A stretch of 64,000 bases of DNA from Spirochaetota bacterium (GCA_965208615.1 CBDBPB010000007.1:352001-416000), one strand, 5' to 3'. Positions 16,526 to 28,319 are shown, counted from the stretch's first letter. A program made the numbers and translations. Notes: generated by a model not told the origin, from the sequence alone.

Positions 16526-18430
16526 TTGTTTATGGGAGAGAGCTGTCATGGTACTTCATTCTTAAAGGCTGACTTAGCTGGAAAGCGAAAGATTGCCATT
16601 GTTGGTAATCCTAATGTAGGAAAGTCTATCTTTTTTGGTTATTTTAGCGGTCAATTTACTGTAGTATCAAACTACCCCGGTACTACTATTGATTTATCCA
16701 CTGCAAAGTGGAGGGATTATACTGTTATAGATACTCCGGGGATATATAGCGTATCATCTGCCAATGATGAAGAAAGGGTTGCAAGGGATATTATTTTAGA
16801 GGCGGATGTTATTATTAACATAGTGGATGCTGTTAGGCTAGAGAGAGATTTGTTTGTAACAAAGCAACTCATTGATATGGCTAAGCCTGTAATTGTTGCA
16901 TTAAACTTTATGGATGAGGTTAAGAGGTGTGGTTTAAGTGTTGATCATAAAAAGCTGTCTGATATTCTTGGGGTTACTGTTATACCTACTATTGCCAAGA
17001 CTGGTGTTGGCTTAAAGGAGTTAGAGGATAATATTGATAAGATAACGCCTTCTTGTGTACCTAGTGATATTTTGGAGCAGTTGCAGGAGTTTATGGTATA
17101 CACTAACTCTTACCAGGATGCTTTGTTGATATTGGAGGGTGATACTGAGATTCTTAATCGTTTTAAGGTTGAGGATCCTTTAAAGAAAGACTCAATTTAT
17201 AATAGCAGGCGTAAGTTTGTTAATTATGCAGTTAATGAGGTCGTAAAAGAGGAAGATAGTAAGATTTCTTTGGGACAGCGGATTGGTAGTTTATGTGTTA
17301 ATCCTTTAAGTGGTAGTTTTATTTTACTTGGTGTTTTGGCATTACTTTACTATTTTGTGGGAGTATTGATTGCTGGAGATCTTGTTGGTATTACTGAAGA
17401 GCAGATTATGGGGGGGTATTGGACGCCTTTTGTTCAGGAGCAGTTAGCAAGGTTAATTAATAAGGATAACTTTTTATATGTCATATTAGCTGGGGATACG
17501 GCTAATAACTTTGATGGTGGGGATTATGGTCTTTTAACCATGACTATTACCTACCTTATTGGACTTTTATTGCCTTTGGTTGTTGGATTTTATATAATGC
17601 TAAGTTTGTTAGAGGATTCTGGTTATTTACCTCGTTTAGCTACTCTGGTTGATAGATTCCTTAATAAGATTGGGCTTAATGGCAGGGCTGTTATACCTAT
17701 TATACTTGGTTTTGGTTGTGTACAGCTTGGTACTATTACGACTCGTCTTTTGGGCAGTGATAGAGAAAAGCGTATTGCTGCCAGTATACTTAATTTTACT
17801 ATACCCTGTTCTGCACAGCTTGGTGTAATTACTGTTATGCTTTCGGGTATTGGGTTATTCCCTGTTTTATTGTATATTGGGGTTATGTTTTTTATGTTTG
17901 CTTTTGTTGGCACTGTTTTGAATAGGATTCTACCCGGTCAGAGTTTACCCCTTATAATGGATTTACCTCCATTAAGACTACCTAGTGTTAAAAATGTATT
18001 AAAGAAAGTATTTTATAGGAGTTACTTTTTTTTAAAAGAGGCTAGCCCATGGTTCTTTTTGGGAGCGTTTATAGTATCCATTTTGCAGGTAACTGGCGGA
18101 CTTAATTTATGGCAGAGGTTATGGTCTCCTATTACTGAGTCTTGGCTTAACTTACCTGGAGAAGCTTCTAAGGCATTTATTATGGGTATGGTAAGGAGGG
18201 ATTTTGGTGCCGCTGGTTTACTTGATTTAGATTTATCCCCTTATCAGACTGTGGTATCCTTAGTTGTTATCACTCTTTTTGTACCGTGCATAGCATCCTT
18301 TATGATACTTATGAAAGAGAGGGGTTGGAAAGAGGGTATAGTTATTTGGCTTGGTTCATTAACTTTGGCATTTTTGGTTGGGGGTATATTAGCACAAGTT
18401 ATAACATACATAGCTCTTATTTTCTCTTAA
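16526..18430 (+). CDS. feoB: Ferrous iron transport protein B
   Basis: GNPNVGKS, NYPGTT, DTPG, LEDSGYLPR, GFGC and IPCSAQ motifs. Confidence 0.96.
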   Translation: MFMGESCHGTSFLKADLAGKRKIAIVGNPNVGKSIFFGYFSGQFTVVSNYPGTTIDLSTAKWRDYTVIDTPGIYSVSSANDEERVARDIILEADVIINIVDAVRLERDLFVTKQLIDMAKPVIVALNFMDEVKRCGLSVDHKKLSDILGVTVIPTIAKTGVGLKELEDNIDKITPSCVPSDILEQLQEFMVYTNSYQDALLILEGDTEILNRFKVEDPLKKDSIYNSRRKFVNYAVNEVVKEEDSKISLGQRIGSLCVNPLSGSFILLGVLALLYYFVGVLIAGDLVGITEEQIMGGYWTPFVQEQLARLINKDNFLYVILAGDTANNFDGGDYGLLTMTITYLIGLLLPLVVGFYIMLSLLEDSGYLPRLATLVDRFLNKIGLNGRAVIPIILGFGCVQLGTITTRLLGSDREKRIAASILNFTIPCSAQLGVITVMLSGIGLFPVLLYIGVMFFMFAFVGTVLNRILPGQSLPLIMDLPPLRLPSVKNVLKKVFYRSYFFLKEASPWFFLGAFIVSILQVTGGLNLWQRLWSPITESWLNLPGEASKAFIMGMVRRDFGAAGLLDLDLSPYQTVVSLVVITLFVPCIASFMILMKERGWKEGIVIWLGSLTLAFLVGGILAQVITYIALIFS

Positions 18431-18570
18431 TAAAATCTGATTGACTATTCTATGCTAGTTAATAAAGTCCTGCTTATATGTATTTAAACTTTCACTACTT
18501 TTTATTATTTCTTTAGTTAATTTTATAATTTATTATATTGGTCTTAAAATATATAGATAAGGAGAATTAA

Positions 18571-19059
18571 ATGTTTATTATTACGCTTATTATTCATATT
18601 ATTGGAGTTATTTTGTGGATAGGCGGATTAGCTTATGTGACTATGGTTATATTCCCGACTATGAACAAGATGGATAAGCCTATTGACAAGGTACTTTTTT
18701 TTAAGAGTGCAGAGCAGAGTTTTGCACCATTTGCGAGGATATACAGTATAGTGGTTGGACTTAGTGGTCTTTTCATGATACATTTGCTTTATAGAGGCGA
18801 TATGCTATCTGTTTTTCAAGGGAATGGTATTTTTATTATTATTATGTTTGGCATTTGGCTTTTATGGGTTATAATGTTATTTGGGTTGGAGAGTATTATT
18901 ATAAAGAAGTCTTTGAGGCAGTTAATTGAGTCGCCGGATAAACTAATTGTTGATTCTACTTTTAAGCGGATGCATATATTTCACTGGATTATGATGGTTT
19001 TAAGTTTTATTGCTATATTCTGCGGTATTTTATATCGTTTTCCGGTATTTAATAGTTAA
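18571..19059 (+). CDS. Four-helix membrane protein, CopD/DUF4149-like
   Basis: IHIIGVILWIGGLAY motif, four hydrophobic segments, conserved-looking His residues. Confidence 0.65.
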   Translation: MFIITLIIHIIGVILWIGGLAYVTMVIFPTMNKMDKPIDKVLFFKSAEQSFAPFARIYSIVVGLSGLFMIHLLYRGDMLSVFQGNGIFIIIMFGIWLLWVIMLFGLESIIIKKSLRQLIESPDKLIVDSTFKRMHIFHWIMMVLSFIAIFCGILYRFPVFNS

Positions 19060-19065
19060 AGGTTA

Positions 19066-19503
19066 TTATGATAAAGCCTTAGAGGCTGGCTTAAATAGGC
19101 TAAGGAACCAATTTGTTTTTTTGATTTTTGTTTTTTTGTTTGAGATATTTTTGAGTTCTTCTTTAGACATTGCTACATTTGTGAATACCCAATATGGATT
19201 AGCTGTACCTCTTGAACAGCTTGATCCTCCAGTTTTATAGATTTTTATAATTTTTGGTTCATCTTTTGTGTGGACGTATGTATAGGGTATTGGTTGGCTA
19301 TTTGATTGCATATTATTTTTTATAGAGAGCATAATATCAGTTATTTTTTCTGCTGAGGTAAAAGTTATATTAGCATTGGAGTTATCAAATTCTATGGATG
19401 TCCATTTACCGTTTAGTGAGTTTGCAAGGTTTTCGTAGTCTTTTTCTTTTATTATACCGTTAAAAGTGCCTTTATATAGGGAGCTAAAAGAGTTATTTTT
19501 CAT
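19066..19503 (-). CDS. Hypothetical protein
   Basis: 145-aa ORF with YVH...IIKIYKTGGSSCS...PYWVF motif. Confidence 0.65.
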   Translation of the reverse strand: MKNNSFSSLYKGTFNGIIKEKDYENLANSLNGKWTSIEFDNSNANITFTSAEKITDIMLSIKNNMQSNSQPIPYTYVHTKDEPKIIKIYKTGGSSCSRGTANPYWVFTNVAMSKEELKNISNKKTKIKKTNWFLSLFKPASKALS

Positions 19504-19835
19504 TTGACAACCTTATTAATAATCAATTTTTGATATTGGATTGAATATATTTTTTTTTACATTAAAGTGGAGTTTTTTTTAATATATTAGATCATAATAA
19601 CTAAATTAGTTAAAGACAAGTCTTAATTTTTATTTATTGTTTTATAATAAGGGTTAGTTTTATAGTAAGTTAGGTATTGTTACTAATATAACTTTTAGAT
19701 AAATAATTATTTTAGAATAATTAGGGAAGAAATATAAGCTTGGAATACTTTTGATCTACACTACTAGAGCAATTAATAACAAATAACTAAAGTAAAAAAG
19801 ATTAATTTTACTGTATAAATTATGAGAACTCATCT

Positions 19836-21905
19836 ATGACTCTGGCAAGCATAAAAGGTGTTGGTGTCAGAAAACTGGCATATCTTGCTAAACTTAATAT
19901 CATTAAAATTTCTGATTTGTTAACTCATTTTCCAAGAACCTATGAGGATAGACGAGAATGTCGTTTTTTAAAGGACTACTTAATTGATGATAATAAAAAG
20001 CATCCCGTAGAAGTTGAAGTTTTAGGGTATGACTATATATTTGCTCGAAATAAAAAAATACTTAAAATAATCATAAGCGATGGCTTTATGAGAGCAAGTC
20101 TTATATGTTTTAACAGGGACTTTTTAAAAGATATTCTTAAAGAAAATGATAAATATATTATTTTTGGTGACTTTCAATATAAGTATGGGGAGCTTCAAGC
20201 TAGTAGTTTTGAGTTTGTACCTAAGGGTTTAGCTAGTGATTCTCTTAACTTTTTAAGGATAGTGCCTATTTACTCATTGACTGATGGTATTACTCAGAAG
20301 TTTTTACGAGAGATTATACATGACACCCTAAACCTTACAAAGTTTGAGGAGTCCTTACCCCTGCCTATAATTAAGAAAAGAGGGTTAATATCTAAGGGGG
20401 AGGCATTTAAACAGATCCACTTTCCTGATGATTTTAATAGTTTAAAAAAAGCCGTAAATAGACTTAAGTATTTTGAATTATTTGAGTTGGAGGTAAATGT
20501 AGCACTTAAAAAGTATTTTTTTGCTAATCAAAAAAAGAAAAGATATCGCTATAGTTTATCAGAAGGTAGCTCTAAGATTATAGAGCCTTTTATAAGGAGC
20601 TTACCTTTTACTCTGACAGAAGGTCAGACCATGGCTTATAATGATATTGAGAAGGATTTGTTATCTGACTACCCTATGCACAGGCTAATCCAAGGTGATG
20701 TTGGTTCTGGTAAGACTTTAGTGGCAGAATTGTCTATTCTAATGGCAGTAGAAAATGGTTATCAAAGTGTTTTAATGGTACCAACAGAAATACTGGCCAG
20801 ACAGCATTGTCAAACGCTGACTAAACACTTTAGCAAGTATGATATAGAAGTTACTTTATTAATTGGAGGTCTTAGAGCTTCCGTTAGAAGGCATACTCTT
20901 AATTCTATATCCACTGGGCTATCTAAGGTTATTGTTGGAACTCATGCACTTTTTAGTGATGATGTTGAGTTTGCTAATTTGGGATTAGTTGTTATAGATG
21001 AACAGCATAAGTTTGGTGTATGGGAAAGGGCTAGGCTAATAGATAAAGGTCAGGGAGTTGATATATTGGTTATGACTGCTACTCCTATACCCAGAACTTT
21101 AGCCTTAACTGTTTATGGCGATATGGATCTATCTGTTATTAGGGATAAGCCTAAGCGTGGTTCTAATATTAAAAGCAAGTGTGTATTTAATACTGAACGA
21201 AGGGGGGATATATATGAATTTATTAATAAGGAGATTGACAAAGGTAGACAAGGGTTTGTAGTCTGTCCTATGATTGATGATTCTGATAAGCTAGATGTTA
21301 GTTCGGTTAGTTCTGTCTATGATGAGATTAGGCTGGAGTTATTACCTAATAGAAGGACTACATTTATTCATGGACGTCTTTCATCTTTTGAGAAAGAGGA
21401 GCTTATGAATCAGTTTGTTAATGGTTTTTTTGATATACTTATATCCACTAGTGTAATAGAGGTGGGAGTAGATATTTCTAATGCATCATTTATGGTGGTT
21501 GAGAATGCTGATTATTTTGGTTTATCTCAGTTACACCAGCTTAGGGGTAGGATTGGTCGTGGAGAATATGATTCTTTTTGTTTTTTTATTGTACCTAATA
21601 GTATAACTGAGGAGGCTAAAGAGCGTATTAAGGCTATTGTTAGTCATAATGATGGTTTTGCGTTGGCAGAGGAGGATTTAAAAATCAGGGGTCCCGGGGA
21701 GTTTTTAGGAATAAGACAATCTGGAGTTGATTCTTTAAAGATAGCTAATCTTATTACTGATGAGGATATACTTATTCAGGCAAAAAGGGATGCTTTTGAT
21801 TTAGTTTCTTCTGACCCTAGTTTTAAGGATAAAGCCAACAGTTTTTTAGAGAAAACTCTTTATAAAAAATTCATTGAAAAATATAGGTTATTGTTAACGG
21901 GTTAG
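19836..21905 (+). CDS. recG: ATP-dependent DNA helicase RecG
   Basis: QGDVGSGKT, DEQHKFG, MTATPIPRTL, QLHQLRGRIGRG and EDLKIRGPGE motifs. Confidence 0.97.
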   Translation: MTLASIKGVGVRKLAYLAKLNIIKISDLLTHFPRTYEDRRECRFLKDYLIDDNKKHPVEVEVLGYDYIFARNKKILKIIISDGFMRASLICFNRDFLKDILKENDKYIIFGDFQYKYGELQASSFEFVPKGLASDSLNFLRIVPIYSLTDGITQKFLREIIHDTLNLTKFEESLPLPIIKKRGLISKGEAFKQIHFPDDFNSLKKAVNRLKYFELFELEVNVALKKYFFANQKKKRYRYSLSEGSSKIIEPFIRSLPFTLTEGQTMAYNDIEKDLLSDYPMHRLIQGDVGSGKTLVAELSILMAVENGYQSVLMVPTEILARQHCQTLTKHFSKYDIEVTLLIGGLRASVRRHTLNSISTGLSKVIVGTHALFSDDVEFANLGLVVIDEQHKFGVWERARLIDKGQGVDILVMTATPIPRTLALTVYGDMDLSVIRDKPKRGSNIKSKCVFNTERRGDIYEFINKEIDKGRQGFVVCPMIDDSDKLDVSSVSSVYDEIRLELLPNRRTTFIHGRLSSFEKEELMNQFVNGFFDILISTSVIEVGVDISNASFMVVENADYFGLSQLHQLRGRIGRGEYDSFCFFIVPNSITEEAKERIKAIVSHNDGFALAEEDLKIRGPGEFLGIRQSGVDSLKIANLITDEDILIQAKRDAFDLVSSDPSFKDKANSFLEKTLYKKFIEKYRLLLTG

Positions 21906-21999
21906 TTCTATGAAATACCTTTGAATTAAATTATCTATAAAAAATGTGATGCAAAGGATTAATTTGTCAAAAGTTAATTTTATAGGCATTAGGGCTAAG

Positions 22000-22821
22000 C
22001 TATTTACTAGGATAACTAAATAAAAAGTTTTTTGTGTGACTTAGGCACGGCAGTTTATCCCTAACCTTGTCAAGGTAGTCAAGGTCTATGTTTGCTGTAA
22101 TAACGCATTCTTTATCTTGGGCAATTGCAAGTGTATGTCCCCATGGTCCAACTATCATACTATGACCATAACTATAACGTCCCTCACTATGTTTACCGTA
22201 TTGATTTGGTGCTACAACATAAATCTGATTTTCTATAGCTCTTGCCCTTATTAATACTTCCCAATGATCTTTACCAGTAGCAGTTGTAAAGGCTGAAGGA
22301 ATAAAAAGTATTTTTATGCCCTCTAATGCCAAGACCCTAAAAAGCTCAGAAAACCTAAGATCATAACAAATAGCTAATCCAGCCTTAATACCGTTAATAT
22401 TAAAGGTAACAACTTTATTACCCGGCTCAACAACCTTGCTTTCATTTAGTGCAGAAGAAGTATTTATAGAGTAGTCAAAGAGGTGTATTTTTCTATAGGT
22501 GCTAATAACCTTACCAGCAGGGTCTATCACAACGCAAGTATTATAAACTTTATTACTATTCTTTATTATTTCAGCAAAAGAACCACATATAATATAAATG
22601 CTATATTTCTTTGCTAATCTATAAAGATCAGTAACTAACTCACCGTCTATATGTTCAGGGAAAGGGCATGGTTTGCCCTCCAGCTTTAGGTATGAGAAGT
22701 TTTCAGGCAAAGCAACAATCTTAGCTCCCTCAGTGACCGCCTTTTTAATCAAAGAATAAGCTTTGGATATATTTTTTGCTCTATCCTCTGTAGAGGTCAT
22801 CTGTATAACAGAAACATTCAT
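22000..22821 (-). CDS. Carbon-nitrogen hydrolase (Nit1/deaminated glutathione amidase-like)
   Basis: LPEN, YRKIHLFD, ICYDLRF and RARAIENQ motifs. Confidence 0.92.
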   Translation of the reverse strand: MNVSVIQMTSTEDRAKNISKAYSLIKKAVTEGAKIVALPENFSYLKLEGKPCPFPEHIDGELVTDLYRLAKKYSIYIICGSFAEIIKNSNKVYNTCVVIDPAGKVISTYRKIHLFDYSINTSSALNESKVVEPGNKVVTFNINGIKAGLAICYDLRFSELFRVLALEGIKILFIPSAFTTATGKDHWEVLIRARAIENQIYVVAPNQYGKHSEGRYSYGHSMIVGPWGHTLAIAQDKECVITANIDLDYLDKVRDKLPCLSHTKNFLFSYPSK

Positions 22822-22842
22822 AAGCTTACTATCAGACCTTTT

Positions 22843-23340
22843 TTATATATCCCTAAACGCTTTTGGCCTACCATAAATCTCAGACCATATAATACCCTTT
22901 ACAAAAGAACTTGGGTAATTGTCTAACATTGCTATTGGACTCTTTTGAGCTAAAGTTCTTTTTTTAGTCAATAGAGGCTTTTTGAGAGTTTGACTGCTAA
23001 CTTGTAGTCTTTTTTTATGTTCACGTTTTTTAATATTTTTGTGACTAATAGTAATAGGCTTATTTTTTACAACTTCTTTAGGCCTTTCTTTTTTAGAGGT
23101 GGGAAATCCAAAAAGCTCCCTAACTTGTTTATCAAAGTCGTTTTCACCAAAAGAGCTTTCTGTAGTTTTTGGGCCTTTTTTTTCAAACTTTTTATTTAAA
23201 GTCTCTATATTAGCCTCATTGGGTTTACTATGGACATTAGCCTCTTTATTTTTAGCCCTCATTATAGCTGATGTAACATACCAAATAATTACAGCTAAAA
23301 ATATGATAATGCGTATTAAATCATCAAAATCCATGTCCAT
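22843..23340 (-). CDS. Membrane-anchored hypothetical protein (YqfB-like, floA-associated)
   Basis: N-terminal TM, C-terminal GIIWSEIYGRPKA, immediately downstream of floA. Confidence 0.7.
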   Translation of the reverse strand: MDMDFDDLIRIIIFLAVIIWYVTSAIMRAKNKEANVHSKPNEANIETLNKKFEKKGPKTTESSFGENDFDKQVRELFGFPTSKKERPKEVVKNKPITISHKNIKKREHKKRLQVSSQTLKKPLLTKKRTLAQKSPIAMLDNYPSSFVKGIIWSEIYGRPKAFRDI

Positions 23341-23349
23341 AGTATAATC

Positions 23350-24342
23350 CTAATTATCAGTTTTTGGAGCTTTACTAGAGGCATTATCAGCAATAGAGTC
23401 TCTCATATCAGTATCAGCAGAGATATTCTTCATTTTATAGTAGTCCATAATACCTAAATTACCACTTCTAAAAGCCTCAGCCATAGCTAGGGGTACCTGA
23501 GCTTCGGATTCTACAACCTTAGCCCTCATAGCCTGGGTTCTGGCAATCATCTCTTGTTCTTCAGCTACTGCTTTAGCACGGCGTTCTTCAGCTTTAGCTT
23601 GGGCAATTTTTTTATCTGCCTCAGCTTGATCGGTTTGAAGTTGTGCTCCAATATTAATGCCAATATTAACATCAGCTATGTCAATGGATAGTATCTCAAA
23701 AGCAGTACCAGCGTCTAAGCCCTTATCCAATACTGTCTTAGATATAGAATCAGGATTTTCTAATACGTTTTTATGAGTAGTAGATGAGCCAATAGTAGTA
23801 ACAATACCTTCTCCAACTCGTGCAACTACGGTTTCTTCAACTGCTCCGCCAACTAGACGGTCTATATTAGCCCTAACAGTTATCCTTGCAATAGCCTTAA
23901 CCTCAATACCATCTTTTGAAACAGCTGAAACCTCTGGAGTAGTTATAACCTTAGGCAATACAGACATCTGTACAGCCTTTAAGACATCTCTACCAGCTAA
24001 ATCAATAGCAGCAGCACGTTCAAATAGTAAGTCTATATCAGCCTTAGCAGCCGCTATAAGAGCATTTATAACAGCATCAACGTGTCCTCCAGCAAGATAA
24101 TGAGCTTCTAATATATCCGTAGATACACTAAGACCAGCCTTAACAGCCTTAATCTTTGGCATAACTATTTGAGCCGGTGTTACCCTTCTAAGCCTCATAC
24201 CAATAAGATCTCTTAGTCTAATGGATACACCAGCGGCTAAAGCGGCAATCCACAGCCTAATTGGAATAAGATATCCGAACAATAGTAAAAAAAGTAATAT
24301 TAATACAGAAATAATTATCAATATTTCGTTACCAGCAAACAT
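23350..24342 (-). CDS. floA: Flotillin-like protein FloA (YqfA/UPF0365)
   Basis: [39 protein letters not shown] and GNLGIMDYY motifs; ATG 24342 after GGAGG. Confidence 0.93.
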   Translation of the reverse strand: MFAGNEILIIISVLILLFLLLFGYLIPIRLWIAALAAGVSIRLRDLIGMRLRRVTPAQIVMPKIKAVKAGLSVSTDILEAHYLAGGHVDAVINALIAAAKADIDLLFERAAAIDLAGRDVLKAVQMSVLPKVITTPEVSAVSKDGIEVKAIARITVRANIDRLVGGAVEETVVARVGEGIVTTIGSSTTHKNVLENPDSISKTVLDKGLDAGTAFEILSIDIADVNIGINIGAQLQTDQAEADKKIAQAKAEERRAKAVAEEQEMIARTQAMRAKVVESEAQVPLAMAEAFRSGNLGIMDYYKMKNISADTDMRDSIADNASSKAPKTDN

Positions 24343-24574
24343 ATAGTCCTCCAAAGTTTTATAGACAGCTTTATCTTATATATAAACACTAGTATATTTA
24401 AGGTAAAAGAACTTGCTAATAGTTTATACCCTAATATTTGTTATAGAGCTTATATGGCTTATAAGTAGTGAAAAGATAATATATAATAAAAATATGACAA
24501 GTTCAATTATTCTAATTATTTTATATTTTAATAAAATGTATATAATAGTAACAATTAGCAAATAAATAAAGCTA

Positions 24575-25810
24575 TTATATTTTGTATTTTAAATTATCAC
24601 TTTTTTCTACTTCTATTTGTTGATTTACATACTTTTCAATATGCTCTTGCTCTAGCCAGCGAATATCTGTAAACCGAACAGCTACAATAGCGGTTTCATC
24701 ATTTTGCTCATCGATTCTAGTAATATTGCCAATAATCCTAATTTCTTTTTCATTAACTTTTAAAGTAATCCTAAGCCTTGTATGAGTGCTAATATGTTTT
24801 AGTATAAATTGGTCGGAAAACTGCATTGATAAACCACCAGCACTAAGGTCTATAACCAATACACTAAAATCATCACCGGTATTTAATTTGTGTAGTCTAC
24901 TTTTAGCTAATGCCTCAGATATAATATTGCAACCAGTTTTAACAATATAGGCATCACTTTCACTAAATATAGTAATAGAGTTTTCTTTCAAGCCCAAAAA
25001 TATATGTCCAACAACCTTATCAAAAAGCATTATTGGTGAACAAATATAACTGGCTAAACAAAGGTTTTTATCTTCTTCCATGATGGAGTTAAGTTCAATT
25101 TTAATACTATCTTTATTTTTTCCTTTCTTATAGAGCTTTTTAATATACGGTAAATATGTCATAATATTGCTTATAGGCAAGCTTTTAATATATGACTTAC
25201 TATTATTAACACTAGAGATAAAAATAGTTTTTTTAGTTTCTTTTAGTACATAAATTCGCTTGGGATAAGTGTCTCCTTTTTTATACAGCTTGATCTCAAA
25301 AACGGAAGCACGACCTTTAATCTCTTTACTAATCAGCGTAATAATTTTTTTAATATCGGGTATTGGCTTTGATAGTTCTTTGTATGCTCCTGTAAACTTA
25401 TTAGATATGTTACTTTTAATGCCAACAAAGTCTAGTTTATCATTGATATTTGAGATGACATTAAATTTTAAATATATATTTTTGTTTGTTACTACTCTAC
25501 TATACTTACGCTTAACTCGTTTTTCTAAGTACTCTGGTAGTGAAAGAGTTATCTCTCCAGATGCTATCTTTATTACCCTGCAAACTGAAAAATAAATATT
25601 GCTATTAGAAGTCATATTCATTTCTATACTTTCAATATTTGGGTCTATATCTCCTTTATAGAATAGGGTTATAAAAACATTTGTTATACGATAGATTTTA
25701 GCAGTAACTTCTTTAAGATCATATCTTAATATTATTTCAACCTTTTTTTTTCTAAAGTTATAGTATAAATTTTCAATTTCTTTGGAATCACTAATTACAT
25801 ATTTATTCAT
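24575..25810 (-). CDS. PilZ-domain protein (DUF1577/PilZN3-like, spirochaetal)
   Basis: KRKYSRV (RxxxR) and DLSAGG PilZ motifs separated by a GAF-like insert. Confidence 0.75.
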   Translation of the reverse strand: MNKYVISDSKEIENLYYNFRKKKVEIILRYDLKEVTAKIYRITNVFITLFYKGDIDPNIESIEMNMTSNSNIYFSVCRVIKIASGEITLSLPEYLEKRVKRKYSRVVTNKNIYLKFNVISNINDKLDFVGIKSNISNKFTGAYKELSKPIPDIKKIITLISKEIKGRASVFEIKLYKKGDTYPKRIYVLKETKKTIFISSVNNSKSYIKSLPISNIMTYLPYIKKLYKKGKNKDSIKIELNSIMEEDKNLCLASYICSPIMLFDKVVGHIFLGLKENSITIFSESDAYIVKTGCNIISEALAKSRLHKLNTGDDFSVLVIDLSAGGLSMQFSDQFILKHISTHTRLRITLKVNEKEIRIIGNITRIDEQNDETAIVAVRFTDIRWLEQEHIEKYVNQQIEVEKSDNLKYKI

Positions 25811-26035
25811 ACGTTAACTCACTCTAATTTTTTTAATTAGTCTTATTTTAAGGTTGTTGATTTACTATCTAACAAGCTTTAAGAAGCTTATATTATAACA
25901 GCACAACTATATATAAACTATCTTTCTTAATAAAAAATTTAAGCCTATTTTTAGATATAGCTTATTTTATAAAATTATAGTAATAAGCCCTCTAACCATA
26001 GACTTTAATTAAAAGTACTTGTTAGACTAACCAAA

Positions 26036-26062
26036 TATAATAGGGCTAGTTGCCCTATTATA
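26036..26062 (-). terminator. Hairpin after the aconitase gene
   Basis: TATAATAGGGC-tagtt-GCCCTATTATA. Confidence 0.7.
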
Positions 26063-26066
26063 CTAT

Positions 26067-28319
26067 TTATTTTGCCTTTCTTAAATAGTTTAACGCAGAA
26101 CCTGATTTAAACCAATCAATTTGTGTATTATTTAAAGTATGATTAACAATTATTTTGTCAATAGAGCTATCTTCATGTTTTAGCTCTAAGGTAAGGGGAT
26201 TATTTGGAGAAATATCTTTAATATTTAGGATGCTTATTCTGTCTTTTTCTTGGAACTTATCATAATCACCTTTATCACTAAGCCACAAAGGCAGTATACC
26301 TTGTTTTTTTAAGTTAGCCTCTGCAATTCTTGCGAAACTTCTTGCTATAATGCCACGACCATATAAATGACGAGGCTCCATAGCGGCATGTTCTCTACTA
26401 GAGCCTTCACCGTAGTTTTCATCGGCTATAACAACCCATCCCAGCCCTTTGGATTTATAGTCTCTTGCTACCTCATTAACAGGCTTATTGGTATTTCCAG
26501 TTATTACGTTATTAGCGAGTCCAGGCTCTTTAGTATAAATATTCACCGCACCACTATACATATTATTACTAATATTATCAAGGTGGCCCCTAAACTTTAA
26601 CCATTGTCCAGCAGGGGATACATGGTCAGTGGTACACTTACCCTCAGACTTTAACAAAATAGGCATATTATTAAAATCCTTATCAAAATTAGGCTTTGTA
26701 AAAGGCTCTAACAAAGCTAATCGCTCACTTTTAGGATCAACTATAACTTGACCAGAGCCATCAGGCAATATATATCCACTATCTTTTGATATAAATCCTT
26801 GTGAAGGCAGTTCTTTTCCAACAGGAGGATTAAACTTAACATTTTTTCCATTAGCTTTAACAGAGTCGGTAATAGGATTAAACTTCATGCTTCCAGCGAA
26901 TGACATTGCCACAATTAGCTCAGGACTAGCAATAAATCCATTGGTATATGGACTTGCATCATTTCTTTTTTTAAAGTTTCTATTGAAAGATGTCATTATA
27001 TTATTAGGATGATCTTTATCTTTCTCATCTCTTATCCACTGACCAATACAAGGTCCACAAGCATTGGCAAGTACCTTAGCACCAACTTTTTCGAAGTCAG
27101 CTAATATACCATCCCTTTTTATAGTCTCGTGAATACGCTCAGAACCAGGGGAGACTAAAAAGTCAGTTTTCATTTTAAGGTTGTTATCCACACCCTGTTT
27201 AATAATATTTACTGCTCTTGATAAGTCTTCATAACTAGAGTTAGTACAACTACCTATTAGTCCAGCACTAAGCTCTTTAGGCCAATTATTTTTATCTACA
27301 TCCTCAGCCAATTTACTGATAGAGCGGACTAAGTCAGGTGTATGGGGTCCAGCTATTTGTGGTTCAAGGTTTGATAAGTCAATTTCGTGTATTTCATCAT
27401 AATATTTATCTGGGTTATTCTCAACATCAGGATCAGACTTAAGATATTGGGCATACTCATCACATAGTTTGGCAATTTCTTTTCTATCGGTAACATTAAG
27501 ATAGCGTGCCATAGAGTCATCGTATCCAAATACAGAAGTAGTAGCTCCAACTTCAGCACCCATATTAGTAATAGTAGCTTTACCAGTACAGCTAATAGAT
27601 CTAGCTCCCTCACCAAAATATTCAACAACTTTACCAGTTCCACCTTTTACAGTCATAATTTGTGCAACTTTCAGAATTATGTCTTTTGGAGATGTCCATC
27701 CAGATAGTTTACCCTTTAATTTAATGCCAACAAGCTTTGGCATACGCAAACCAAAAGGAAATCCAGTCATAACATCCACTGCATCAGCTCCACCAACGCC
27801 AATAGCAATCATACTAAGTCCCCCAGCATTAGGTGTATGAGAGTCAGTACCGATCATCATCATACCAGGAGTGGCATAGTTCTCTAATACTACCTGATGA
27901 ATAATACCGGATCCAGGTTTCCAAAAGCCAATGCCATATTTATTTGATACAGATTTTAAAAACTCATATACTTCTTTATTAAGTTCGATTGCTGCATTAA
28001 GGTCTTTATCAGCCCCCACTTTTGCGGCAATTAGATGATCACAATGTACAGTGGATGGTACAGCGGTAGATCTCATATCAGCTACCATAAACTGTAAAAG
28101 TGCCATTTGTGCTGTAGCATCCTGCATAGCAACACGGTCTGGTTTTAAAGACAAATCTGCCTTTCCTCTTTCAATATTGGCATTTTCATAGTTATCCAAA
28201 TGAGAAAATAGTATTTTTTCAACAAGGGTTAAATCTCTACCCAGTCGTTTTCTCATGGCCTTATGTATAGCTGGCAGTTTTTCATAAAAAGTTTTTACTT
28301 GGCTTATATCTAAAAGCAT
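26067..28319 (-). CDS. Aconitate hydratase (mitochondrial/Bacteroidota-type)
   Basis: DRVAMQDATAQMA, HCDHLI, TDSHTPN, IGSCTNSSYED, NACGPCIGQW and GEGSSREHAA motifs. Confidence 0.96.
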   Translation of the reverse strand: MLLDISQVKTFYEKLPAIHKAMRKRLGRDLTLVEKILFSHLDNYENANIERGKADLSLKPDRVAMQDATAQMALLQFMVADMRSTAVPSTVHCDHLIAAKVGADKDLNAAIELNKEVYEFLKSVSNKYGIGFWKPGSGIIHQVVLENYATPGMMMIGTDSHTPNAGGLSMIAIGVGGADAVDVMTGFPFGLRMPKLVGIKLKGKLSGWTSPKDIILKVAQIMTVKGGTGKVVEYFGEGARSISCTGKATITNMGAEVGATTSVFGYDDSMARYLNVTDRKEIAKLCDEYAQYLKSDPDVENNPDKYYDEIHEIDLSNLEPQIAGPHTPDLVRSISKLAEDVDKNNWPKELSAGLIGSCTNSSYEDLSRAVNIIKQGVDNNLKMKTDFLVSPGSERIHETIKRDGILADFEKVGAKVLANACGPCIGQWIRDEKDKDHPNNIMTSFNRNFKKRNDASPYTNGFIASPELIVAMSFAGSMKFNPITDSVKANGKNVKFNPPVGKELPSQGFISKDSGYILPDGSGQVIVDPKSERLALLEPFTKPNFDKDFNNMPILLKSEGKCTTDHVSPAGQWLKFRGHLDNISNNMYSGAVNIYTKEPGLANNVITGNTNKPVNEVARDYKSKGLGWVVIADENYGEGSSREHAAMEPRHLYGRGIIARSFARIAEANLKKQGILPLWLSDKGDYDKFQEKDRISILNIKDISPNNPLTLELKHEDSSIDKIIVNHTLNNTQIDWFKSGSALNYLRKAK

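Noticed and set aside
10558-18430. Magnetosome-like island (Gly-rich membrane proteins near feoAB)
   Set aside because: No recognisable mam/mms genes are present, and feoAB is separated from the array by unrelated genes.
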